A stretch of DNA of 64,000 bases from Candidatus Woesearchaeota archaeon. GTDB lineage: Archaea; Nanobdellota; Nanobdellia; Woesearchaeales; UBA9642. Location of the stretch: the NCBI GenBank assembly GCA_013330595.1, contig DUIB01000009.1, positions 74 through 64,073 of the forward strand, in the 5' to 3' direction. A program made the position numbers and the translations under genes. The notes beneath the pieces are model-generated. The model made no database searches. It was not told the origin of the DNA and worked only from the letters and a program-made list of their open reading frames with translations. Positions 19,977 through 28,447 of the stretch are shown here, in pieces (positions within the stretch are counted from its first letter, which is position 1; the number at the start of each line of letters is the position of its first letter).

Positions 19977-20681
19977 TTATTTCTTCCACATGTATTCAAA
20001 ATAATTCTTATATGTTTGTGCAATGCTCTTGTTTTTTATGAATATGATTAATGGAGTGTCTGTAAGTGTGTGTATTGCAACTTTATCATCAAATATAGTT
20101 GTTGTAGATTCCGCATCGACTTTATCGACAAATTTTATCTTAACATTTTTAAGTTTAGTCATAGGATGTTTTTTTAACTTTGAGTCCACAATCATTCTTC
20201 CCTTAATTTTCAACATCTGAGATTCTTTGATTATATGTCCTAACTCATATTTCAATACATCGTAGCTTTTTCCTGTAGCGCCAAAAACCATTATCTCTCT
20301 CGATTTTAACATATTCTCATATAATACTTTCAATCCTTTTTTTCCTTCATAAATCTCTGCTTCTTGTATATTCTCTTGAAGTTTTTGTATTGACTTTAGC
20401 TCAGGAATAATATTACTTATTAAATGCTCTTTTTCTTTGAATGAAATTAATATTGAATCAGGATTTGTTGCTGCGAAATATTTTTTGTTTTCTTTGACTA
20501 TATATCCTGCATAACCTTTTGCAATAAGATTATTAAGAAGTTGATAACACAAAGTCCTATCCATAGAGAGTTTTTTTGCTAAATCATTTGCCGAGATTGA
20601 TCCTCTCTTCAATAATTCAAGATAGATCTTGGCTTCATTTCCTGTAAACCCTGCAATCTTAAGCTTTTCTATTAGATCCAT
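19977..20681 (-). CDS. TrmB-family transcriptional regulator
   Basis: It has an N-terminal wHTH 'GFTGNEAKIYLELLKRGSISANDLAKKLSMDRTLCYQLLNNLIAKGY' plus a C-terminal TrmB effector-like domain. Confidence 0.7.
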   Translation of the reverse strand: MDLIEKLKIAGFTGNEAKIYLELLKRGSISANDLAKKLSMDRTLCYQLLNNLIAKGYAGYIVKENKKYFAATNPDSILISFKEKEHLISNIIPELKSIQKLQENIQEAEIYEGKKGLKVLYENMLKSREIMVFGATGKSYDVLKYELGHIIKESQMLKIKGRMIVDSKLKKHPMTKLKNVKIKFVDKVDAESTTTIFDDKVAIHTLTDTPLIIFIKNKSIAQTYKNYFEYMWKK

Positions 20682-20769
20682 AATATAGTTTGTGTGTGTA
20701 TATTAATAAATGTTGTTATTAAAACTAACAACTAAAATATAAATAAGTCAAGATAACCACTCTTTAGTT

Positions 20770-21990
20770 ATGAAACCTACCAATGTTATCAAATGGAAAA
20801 TAGTGCATACTCTAAAACCGAGATGGTTTGAATATGGAGTTTATATTCATTCTTTACCTTTCAACGCAATGTCAGCATACGCGGGATATGTATTTACACA
20901 TGACCTATATACGACGATTGTCGCTGCTTTTGCTCCACAAATCACCGAATATTGTTTCTTTAGAATGATTGAATCAGGAATCATCGGTCCAAAAGTAAAT
21001 GATGAGAATGTCCTAAAAAAAGAATTTAATAAAACACCTAAAGCTTTACTTCTAAAATCTAGATTTAAAGATAAATTGTATGATTCATTATACAAAGCAA
21101 TCACATTCATAGAAAATCAACAACAAAAAGATGGTTCATGGAGAGATTTCTATTCGAAATATCATGGTCAAAGTGTTGATTGGGTAACTGCTTATGTCTC
21201 AAATCGATTAATTGAAACAGGAGTAGCACCTAGACATTTAAAAAAAACCGCGAAGTTTCTTGTTAACAGACAAAAAAATGGCGGATGGGGATATAATGAA
21301 ATTGCACAACAAGATGCAGATTCAACAGCAAATGTCCTGGAATTTTTAAGTAATTATAAAAACGCATACAAAAATGAAATTAATGATGGATTACAATTTC
21401 TATTGTCACATCAGACAGAAAATGGCGGATTTAAGACATATATTGAAAATAATCTTAGAAAATCTGAGCGCTTCTCAGGGGAAATTTCTTTAGACGGATG
21501 GTGTAGCGAATGTATAGATGTTACTATAAATGCTATAAACACCTTAGATAAATTCGAAGAATATGATCTCTCTAAGGTAAAAGCAGAGAAATATTTAGAA
21601 GATAAAGTTAAGGAAAATGATATTCACAGCTATTGGTGGGAATCAGATATTCCTATGAAAATAGGCGCCATAAAATCTGACACGGGAAAAATAATAGAAC
21701 TTTACGAGATGCAAGATAATAATATGAGTCATTATATTCGAGCAATGTTTCTTAGTGCTTTAGATGATTCAAACATTAAACTTAGAAAGAATCTTGCTGA
21801 AAAATTAATATATTCACAGAGGCAAGATGGAAGTTGGGAGAGTGGAGCAATTCTTAGATTCCCACATCCATCAAATGAAGAACCATGGAATAATGATCTT
21901 ATGTGGAGAGATCCTGGTAAAGATCAGAATAGGATATACACGACTGCAACCATTATGGCGACTTTATCCTTGTATGGGAGATATCTTTAA
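20770..21990 (+). CDS. prenyltransferase/squalene-cyclase-like alpha/alpha-toroid repeat protein
   Basis: It has four QxxDGSW/QxxNGGW/QxENGGF/QRQDGSW repeats typical of PFTB/SQHop cyclase repeats. Confidence 0.5.
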   Translation: MKPTNVIKWKIVHTLKPRWFEYGVYIHSLPFNAMSAYAGYVFTHDLYTTIVAAFAPQITEYCFFRMIESGIIGPKVNDENVLKKEFNKTPKALLLKSRFKDKLYDSLYKAITFIENQQQKDGSWRDFYSKYHGQSVDWVTAYVSNRLIETGVAPRHLKKTAKFLVNRQKNGGWGYNEIAQQDADSTANVLEFLSNYKNAYKNEINDGLQFLLSHQTENGGFKTYIENNLRKSERFSGEISLDGWCSECIDVTINAINTLDKFEEYDLSKVKAEKYLEDKVKENDIHSYWWESDIPMKIGAIKSDTGKIIELYEMQDNNMSHYIRAMFLSALDDSNIKLRKNLAEKLIYSQRQDGSWESGAILRFPHPSNEEPWNNDLMWRDPGKDQNRIYTTATIMATLSLYGRYL

Positions 21991-21993
21991 TTA

Positions 21994-23844
21994 TTATTCT
22001 CCCTTATACTTCTTCACTAATTCCATGATCCTTGATCCAGGGAATTTGCCTCTGTACTTCTTCATGGTTTCGCCCATTAAGGCTGCAGAATTCAGATTAG
22101 GATGTTTGGATATCAGGTTGACAATGAATGATATCAATTCTTCTTCATTTGTTTTGTATATAGAGAAATCAATTGTATTGCCTTTTGCATATTCGACCAT
22201 GATCTCTATTATTGCTTCTTTTGCTAGGTCTCCTGAATTTAATTTTGCTAATATATTATCAGCCAGCTCTCTGAATCTTTCCAATTCAACATCAATCTCA
22301 AGATTGAATCTTGTCTTTACTTCTTTTGGTGTTGAAACCAAAATCTCAGCAATCGTTACTGGTTTTACTTGAGGATATTTCTTTACAAATATTTCAAAAT
22401 CATTCTCAAAAACTAATTCCTTTGCAACCTGTGCAGGCAATGAGTATTTTTTTTCAAATCTCACCACTTTATCCTTAATCAATTCTGGCATCTCAATTTC
22501 ACTTAGATCAGGGATTATTGTCTTTACATCTGTCTCGGGATACATTCTTGAGCTTCCAGGCATTGGCCTTAAGAATGATGATGTTCCATCTTCTCGAGCA
22601 TTGCGCACTTCTTTTGACAATCCTTTATCATAGAATGATTTGATTGTTTCATCAATCTTATTAAATGCAAATTTGCATTTTTCTTCTGTCCCGATAATCA
22701 TTATCAACGAATCTGAATCATCAAGATTCAATGCGTCATAAATTTTCTTTACTTCATCAGCAATCTTATATTTATTCAGATCCTCATCTGTATGTATCAA
22801 TCCGTTTAATCCAAATGCTTTTATCCTGTCGCTCAATTCTGAGCCAAATCTTCTGGAAGGATTGACTTCAAATCCGAAAAACCCTTTGAAATCCTTATAG
22901 AATTTTCCATAAACTCTTGAATCAACATTCTTTTTTATCATAGAACTCTTAGTATCAGAAAAATATTCAGTTAAATCTATAATTTCATTTGATAAATCAA
23001 GTTTTTTTATTCTTGCTCTTATCTCATCACGTAATTTCAACATAGTTAATTGTCTTAACACTTCAAGCTCAACAACAGTATCAATCATCCTTAAATCCTG
23101 AACACCTTTAATTTCTGTTCTTGCACCTTCTGCAATTGATACATTAACATCTTGCCTGATTGTTCCGAGTCCTCTCTTGACTTTTCCAGTAGAACGAAGC
23201 ATCATTCCAATAAATCCTGCAATATCCTTAACTTGTTTAGCTGTTCTCATATCAGGACCCGTCGCAATCTCAATCAATGGAATTCCTAATCTATCAAGAC
23301 GATAAATATCATGATCCTGGTCTCTTGAAATAATCCTTGCTGCATCCTCTTCCAAACATAATGTATCAATCTTTATCCTGTTTAATTTTTCATCACTTTC
23401 AACTTCAATAAAACCATTTCTTGCAATCAATGCAGTCCTCTGAAATCCAGATGTATTAGAACCATCAACAACAGTCTTTCTCATGACATGCACTTGATTA
23501 ACTGTCTCTGCATTCATCATCTTTGATAATTGAAGAACAATCTTCAATGCTTCAGGATTGATATTGAATGGGGGGCATTCATCAAGCTCAACGTCGCAGA
23601 TAGTATCATTATAGTATTCATACACATAATGTTTCTGCTTAGACATCTCATATGCAGCAGCAATATCAACAGATCCTGTCTCACCAGCACTTGCTCTTAA
23701 TACTCTCTTGATAGTTTTGTCAGGAGCATCCTCCCTAATATCAGAAGGACAATTGCAGAACAACTTATTTGTATCAAGCTGCTGATGTATCTCCAATCCG
23801 GCTTTTAGGCCTAGTTTGGCATAATCCACATCTCTCATGAGCAT
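21994..23844 (-). CDS. gatE: glutamyl-tRNA(Gln) amidotransferase subunit E
   Basis: The protein is 616 aa. The N-terminus has 'GLEIHQQLDTNKLFCNCPS', a GatB/E-like catalytic domain and a C-terminal GatB/YqeY-like tail. Confidence 0.85.
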   Translation of the reverse strand: MLMRDVDYAKLGLKAGLEIHQQLDTNKLFCNCPSDIREDAPDKTIKRVLRASAGETGSVDIAAAYEMSKQKHYVYEYYNDTICDVELDECPPFNINPEALKIVLQLSKMMNAETVNQVHVMRKTVVDGSNTSGFQRTALIARNGFIEVESDEKLNRIKIDTLCLEEDAARIISRDQDHDIYRLDRLGIPLIEIATGPDMRTAKQVKDIAGFIGMMLRSTGKVKRGLGTIRQDVNVSIAEGARTEIKGVQDLRMIDTVVELEVLRQLTMLKLRDEIRARIKKLDLSNEIIDLTEYFSDTKSSMIKKNVDSRVYGKFYKDFKGFFGFEVNPSRRFGSELSDRIKAFGLNGLIHTDEDLNKYKIADEVKKIYDALNLDDSDSLIMIIGTEEKCKFAFNKIDETIKSFYDKGLSKEVRNAREDGTSSFLRPMPGSSRMYPETDVKTIIPDLSEIEMPELIKDKVVRFEKKYSLPAQVAKELVFENDFEIFVKKYPQVKPVTIAEILVSTPKEVKTRFNLEIDVELERFRELADNILAKLNSGDLAKEAIIEIMVEYAKGNTIDFSIYKTNEEELISFIVNLISKHPNLNSAALMGETMKKYRGKFPGSRIMELVKKYKGE

Positions 23845-23887
23845 GAAGAAAGGAATCCTGAATTTAAATGTTGCGGAAGAATAAAAA
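23797..23887. repeat. left copy of a ~90-bp direct repeat (gatE 5' coding end plus promoter)
   Basis: It is repeated at 30032-30123 with about 85% identity. Together the copies bracket the DGR/toxin-antitoxin/purF-like segment. Confidence 0.6.
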
Positions 23888-23910
23888 ATATCCCAGCATG
23901 TTTAGCTTGA

Positions 23911-24004
23911 CTATTCCAACGAGGCGATTATTGTTGTTGTCTAGATTGTTCCTAGCATTAGCATTTGAATTATTGTTGAGCCTGGAAACAAACCACAAGT
24001 GCCC
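23911..24004 (-). repeat. DGR template repeat (TR), sense on the minus strand
   Basis: This 94-nt copy is near-identical to 24403-24496. Thirteen of 14 differences are at TR adenines (AAY codons; the in-frame TR translation is ...LNNNSNANARNNLDNNNNRLV...). It is not part of a full-length gene. Confidence 0.75.
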
Positions 24005-24259
24005 CCAGAGTAGCTCTTTCACTGAAAGTATGCACTGCCACTTCATTTCTAACAGAAATCCACAGATTTCTGGAAGATCCCAAAAATGTTTCATTTTTGA
24101 TATCTGTCGTAGCTGTATTTTATAACAACATCCGCATGTTATCGTAGTGAAAGGGCATGTAGTCCAGCTACTCCATATCGCACGATTTTTCGGAAATCAT
24201 GCAAAGTGCTGGGATAATAAGAACGTTAAAGAAGAAATATAAAAAGTTAATGAAAAAAA

Positions 24260-25045
24260 TTACAATTTTACTGAAGGGTCAGCAGAAGGCACATACAACA
24301 ATCCATTGTATTGGAATGCCTTTCCACCAATCAACGCATCCTTGACCTTGTCATCCAATGCAAAAGATGCCTGATTTTTGCTCGCCGACTGCGCCTTCGG
24401 CGCTACCCCAACGAGGCGAACATTGTCGTCGTCTAGATTGCCCCTAGCAATAGCATCTGAATCATTGATGAGCCTGGAAGCAAACCACAAGCGCCCTACG
24501 GGCACGTCTGGAGTGTCACTAACATAGACTCCCATAATCTTGCTGTAGCCATGATCTGCTTTTGCTTTATCGAATGCTTTTCCTGCATATTCTTCAAGCA
24601 GTGCTTGATCTCTAGCTAATGCTTTCCATATTGGGTTTGATATTACTTCTTTTCGTGATAATGATTCTCCTTTTGCGTATTTGTTGAGTTCATCTCTTGT
24701 GAATTCTTGTCCTTCTAACGCCTTGTATTCGTCATCAGAAATGATTAATGCTCCATTCTTTAATTTACTTTGTGGGTTGATTCTTCGCATGATTCCTGAA
24801 TCAAGAACAACCTTAGCATTTCCATTTGTATTGTAGAACTTTGCGTCTCCTGTATCGAAATAATTTTCCCAGAAAGTTTTTATCAGATCTTGGTCTCCAG
24901 AATTTAATGTTTCTAGTCTCCGCTGCATCAATCCCTGCGTTGACATTGGTGTTCTGCCTTCAGCAATAAGTAAAGGCATCTGGTCAGTATTTCTTCCATA
25001 AAATTCCTTATAATCTTTGACTGTATCATTAAGTTGTAAAGCCAT
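24260..25045 (-). CDS. DGR variable (target) protein, 261 aa; possible C-type-lectin-like variable ligand-binding region (fold uncertain)
   Basis: It carries the variable repeat at codons ~184-214 ('GRLWFASRLINDSDAIARGNLDDDNVRLVGV'). The corresponding TR codons are Asn-rich. Confidence 0.7.
   Translation of the reverse strand: MALQLNDTVKDYKEFYGRNTDQMPLLIAEGRTPMSTQGLMQRRLETLNSGDQDLIKTFWENYFDTGDAKFYNTNGNAKVVLDSGIMRRINPQSKLKNGALIISDDEYKALEGQEFTRDELNKYAKGESLSRKEVISNPIWKALARDQALLEEYAGKAFDKAKADHGYSKIMGVYVSDTPDVPVGRLWFASRLINDSDAIARGNLDDDNVRLVGVAPKAQSASKNQASFALDDKVKDALIGGKAFQYNGLLYVPSADPSVKL
24385..24420 (-). promoter_or_regulatory. IMH-like GC-rich VR 3' end (CGCCTCGTTGGGGTAG) followed immediately by the GC hairpin GCGCC-GAA-GGCGC
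   Basis: The TR end reads CGCCTCGTTGGAATAG, an IMH* differing by 2 nt. The 5-bp GC stem with a 3-nt loop is extremely GC-rich for this genome. It matches the canonical DGR homing cis-element layout. Confidence 0.55.
24403..24496 (-). repeat. DGR variable repeat (VR) inside the target gene
   Basis: It aligns with the TR. Adenine-specific substitutions include N->D/I/G/V, H->R and I->V. Confidence 0.75.
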
Positions 25046-25232
25046 TTTAATTACCTCCTCTTAGGATATATTTTATAAGATATATTAGAACTTATTTATA
25101 AAGGTTTCGATTATTTTGCCACTCGATAGTGGTATCCATATATGATTAAATTGTTGGTGAAACATTTTAAAGCATGACGAAACTTCAAACAGCCATAAAA
25201 TTCAGTTAAAAACTATAAAAACAAGGATTACA

Positions 25233-26864
25233 ATGTACAAAACAATATACGACTACGAAAACCTTGAACGGGCATTCATTAATGCCAGAAAAAGAAAAAC
25301 CAAGAAAAAATATGTAATGGAATTCGAGGACAAGCTTAAGGAAAACCTTCTAAAACTACAGGAAGAATTGAAGTCACAAACCTACAAGCCAAAACCTCTA
25401 GAGATATTTATTCTAAGAGATCCTAAAACAAGAAAAATATCAAAATCAGACTTTAGGGATAGAGTAATTCATCATGCACTCTACAATATCATTGAGCCAA
25501 TATTTGATAAAACATTCATCCATGATTCTTACGCCAACAGATTAACAAAAGGAGCACTAAAAGCTATAGAAAGATTTGATCACTTTAAGAGAAAAGTCTC
25601 AAAGAATAATAAAAGAGACTGTCATTTTCTTAAAGCAGATATTAGGCACTATTTCGATAATGTTGACCACCAAATACTTCTGGACGTCTTAGAAAGAAAG
25701 ATAGAAGACAAAAAAAGTATGTGGCTTATCAAACAAATTCTTAATAACCACAAGGAAAAAGAAGCAGGAAAAGGAATGCCACTAGGAAATCTTACATCTC
25801 AATTCTTTGCTAATGTTTACTTAAATGAGTTGGATCAATATGTAAAACATATTTTGAAGGCAAAATATTATATCAGATATGTTGACGATTTCATTATACT
25901 GCATGATTCTATAGACGTGTTGAAAAATTACGAAGAGAAAATAAATATTTTTTTGAAAGAAGTGCTGAAATTAGAGCTTCATCCAGACAAATCAAAAATC
26001 ATTCGCCTAGACAAAGGAGCTAATTTCTTAGGATTCCGAATATTCTACAATCACAAACTCATAAGAAAAAAGAACTTGAATAAATTCGAGAAAAACTTCA
26101 ACCAACTAAAGCAAGATTATAAAGAAGGAATTATTGACAGAGAAAAAGTCATGGAAAAATTCGAAGGATGGATAGCATACATTAGTCATGCAAATACATA
26201 TAAATATAGAATACACCTGACTAAAGAATTAAACAAAAATTTTCCAATAAAAAAACTAATAAGAATTGTCTATATAAAAAAACATGAAAATCATTTAAAG
26301 AGAACTGAATTGAGTGAGTTTCAGTATAGTCCACAAAAAACCTTGCAATTATTCGAACAAAAATTAAGCATAAAGCAAATTGCTGAACAACGTGGAATAA
26401 AAGAATCTACTGTATGGGGGCATTTCGCTAAACTAATAGAATATAACCAATGCACGGTGTGGGATATATTGCCTAGAGAAAAGGTAATTCTAATTCTTAC
26501 ACGTATTAATAACGAGCTGGACTTATTGAAGAGTATAAAACTAAGATTAAAAGATGAAAGCATAACTTATCCAGAAATAAATTGTGTTCTCGCAAGTGTA
26601 AAAGCAAAAAACAAGAAGAAAAACATTCTCTATCACTTCAAATGGTACAAGAGAAGTCACTGCTACAGAAAATGCTACGAAAATCTAGAACAAAGAAAAA
26701 TTTGCGAAATGAAATTCAAACACTTCATTGCAGAAAATCCTACATGGCAACTAACAAAAAGAGAATTCCTAATTGTCTTCAATAATCAAATGAATATATG
26801 CATTCTTCCTGATAAAGAAAAAAGAAGATACATGGGCTATAAAGAATTCAAGGAAAAGAAATAA
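25233..26864 (+). CDS. DGR-type reverse transcriptase with a ~200-aa C-terminal extension containing a predicted HTH
   Basis: It has RT motifs 1-7 ('RDRVIHHALYNII', 'FLKADIRHYFDNVDH', 'YIRYVDDFIILH'). 'LGNLTSQ' matches the DGR-RT signature [I/L]GxxxSQ, which replaces QGxxxSP of group II intron RTs. The C-terminal 'SIKQIAEQRGIKESTVWGHFAKLIE' is HTH-like. Confidence 0.85.
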   Translation: MYKTIYDYENLERAFINARKRKTKKKYVMEFEDKLKENLLKLQEELKSQTYKPKPLEIFILRDPKTRKISKSDFRDRVIHHALYNIIEPIFDKTFIHDSYANRLTKGALKAIERFDHFKRKVSKNNKRDCHFLKADIRHYFDNVDHQILLDVLERKIEDKKSMWLIKQILNNHKEKEAGKGMPLGNLTSQFFANVYLNELDQYVKHILKAKYYIRYVDDFIILHDSIDVLKNYEEKINIFLKEVLKLELHPDKSKIIRLDKGANFLGFRIFYNHKLIRKKNLNKFEKNFNQLKQDYKEGIIDREKVMEKFEGWIAYISHANTYKYRIHLTKELNKNFPIKKLIRIVYIKKHENHLKRTELSEFQYSPQKTLQLFEQKLSIKQIAEQRGIKESTVWGHFAKLIEYNQCTVWDILPREKVILILTRINNELDLLKSIKLRLKDESITYPEINCVLASVKAKNKKKNILYHFKWYKRSHCYRKCYENLEQRKICEMKFKHFIAENPTWQLTKREFLIVFNNQMNICILPDKEKRRYMGYKEFKEKK

Positions 26865-26982
26865 TCTTCGCTTTTATCTATAATTCTTCCGGAAAATTCT
26901 GCAAACTGCATTAAAAAAACCAAAACCTTTATATAGTAATTCATTATATTTCATTATGTTTTGTTATAAAAGGTGATGTTTT

Positions 26983-27228
26983 ATGGTTCAGGCAATGGTC
27001 GATATCGGAGAACATGAGGATAGGATCTTGACAATAGTCAAGGGCAAATTCGGTTTTAAGAATAAATCTGATGCAGTGAATTTTGTCATATCAAGATTTG
27101 AGGCTGAACTCTTAGAGCCAGAATTAAGACCTGAATTTGTCCAAAAAATCCAAAAATTAGATAAAAACAAAAAGTTCACAAGTTATAAAACTCTCTCTGA
27201 CTTAAGAAAAGAGATTGAACATGCATAA
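26983..27228 (+). CDS. putative antitoxin (small archaeal DUF2683-like protein) paired with the RelE-like toxin
   Basis: It is 81 aa and overlaps the downstream RelE-like gene by 14 nt. Confidence 0.4.
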   Translation: MVQAMVDIGEHEDRILTIVKGKFGFKNKSDAVNFVISRFEAELLEPELRPEFVQKIQKLDKNKKFTSYKTLSDLRKEIEHA

Positions 27229-27499
27229 ATTCTCGATTGAAGAAGGCTTGAGGAAAACCTTAAATAAATTATTCAAAAAAGATCGGGTTACTTATGAAAT
27301 TTTAATGAAAAAAATTGAAGAGATATTGTCAAATAATGATATCAGTCATTACAAGAATTTAAGAAGTCCTCTTCAAGATTTCAAAAGAGTCCATGTAAGA
27401 GGACCGTTTATCTTGACTTTCAAATATGTTGAATCAGAAGATAAAATAATATTCTATGATTTTGATCATCATGATTATATTTATAGAAAAGATAAATAA
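27215..27499 (+). CDS. RelE/ParE-family toxin
   Basis: The C-terminal 'KRVHVRGPFILTFKYVESEDKIIFYDFDHHDYIY' matches the RelE/ParE fold consensus. Confidence 0.6.
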   Translation: MNMHKFSIEEGLRKTLNKLFKKDRVTYEILMKKIEEILSNNDISHYKNLRSPLQDFKRVHVRGPFILTFKYVESEDKIIFYDFDHHDYIYRKDK

Positions 27500-27589
27500 T
27501 TTTCACTCTCATCCGTAATTCTTCCGAAAAATTCTGAGTAATGCATATAAAGAATCGCGTATTATCCTATTCAAAGAAAACCTTTATAA

Positions 27590-27621
27590 ATAAGATAATC
27601 TTACTAATAAGATAATCTTAT
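27590..27621. promoter_or_regulatory. tandem palindromic operator-like repeats (TAAGATAATCTTA x2) upstream of the AbrB antitoxin gene
   Basis: Two copies of 'ataagataatctta' lie 15-45 nt upstream of the 27637 start, followed by the RBS 'ggaggg'. An 'aaaacctttataaata' BRE/TATA-like element lies just upstream. Confidence 0.4.
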
Positions 27622-27636
27622 TATGGAGGGATCGTT

Positions 27637-27894
27637 ATGGCAAGCATCGATATAACAAGCATGAGCTCAAGAGGGCAGATAGTTATACCATTAAATCTGA
27701 GAGAGATGATGGGATTGAAGGAAGGCGAAAAATTTGCAGTCACAGGCAAAGAAGATACTATCATATTGAAGAAAATCCAGATGCCTTCTTTTGATAATTT
27801 CGATAAATTAATGCAGCAAACACAAGAATTTGCTAAGAAGAAAGAAATAAAACAAAAAGATCTTGATAGCGCTGTGCATAGGGCAAGAAAATGA
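27637..27894 (+). CDS. AbrB/MazE (SpoVT-AbrB swapped-hairpin) antitoxin
   Basis: It has the 'SSRGQIVIPLNLREMMGLKEGEKFAVTGKEDTIIL' motif. Its stop overlaps the ATG of the PIN gene (ATGA). Confidence 0.6.
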   Translation: MASIDITSMSSRGQIVIPLNLREMMGLKEGEKFAVTGKEDTIILKKIQMPSFDNFDKLMQQTQEFAKKKEIKQKDLDSAVHRARK

Positions 27895-28385
27895 ATGTTG
27901 TCTTAGATACAAATATTTTTATAAAAAAAATCCAGAAAATTTATTTCTAATGTATATATTACTGGATTTTTTGTATCCTAAAAATTCATTTCTATTGAAT
28001 TTTTATGATCTCGGGAATATTTTGGAAAGGAGATCCTTATAGGATACTCTTGTTATGGAAAGAAAACAGAATACAACTAATAAATTCAATAGAAATAATT
28101 GCTGAAATATCAAGAACATTATCTGATTTTAAAATTCAATTGTCAGAAGAATTGAAGAAAGGATGGATAACTTTAATTAAAAATAATAGTATTATTGTTG
28201 AGCCTAAAGAAAAAATCGCGATAATAAAAGATGATCCTACAGATAACAAATTTATTGAAGCAGCAATTGAAGGAAAAGCCGATTTTATAATAACAAACGA
28301 TAAACACCTCCTAAAAATCAAACAATTTAGAAATGTAAAGATAATTACGCCAAAAGAGTTCTTAAACACATACTTAACATTATGA
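27891..28385 (+). pseudogene. PIN-domain toxin (TIGR00305-like) split by a ~85-nt hairpin-containing insertion or frameshift
   Basis: The ATG at 27891 encodes 'MNVVLDTNIFIKK', the canonical PIN N-terminus, followed by stops at 27948 and 27996. The rest of the PIN domain ('ISGIFW...DPTDNKFIEAAIEGKADFIITNDKHLL') resumes at 28005. Confidence 0.5.
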
Positions 28386-28447
28386 TGTCATCTTATCCTA
28401 TTTCTGTATAAATAGCAAATATTATAAATAGGTAACTTTTCTCAAAT

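Noticed and set aside
23864-24094. Six-frame ORF of 76 aa on the minus strand (and the overlapping + ORF 23868-24125)
   Set aside because: It is simply the DGR template repeat read in frame (Asn-rich copy of the VR segment). It is not an independent gene.
26582-26785. 67-aa ORF nested in the RT gene
   Set aside because: It is in an alternate frame of a well-supported RT ORF.
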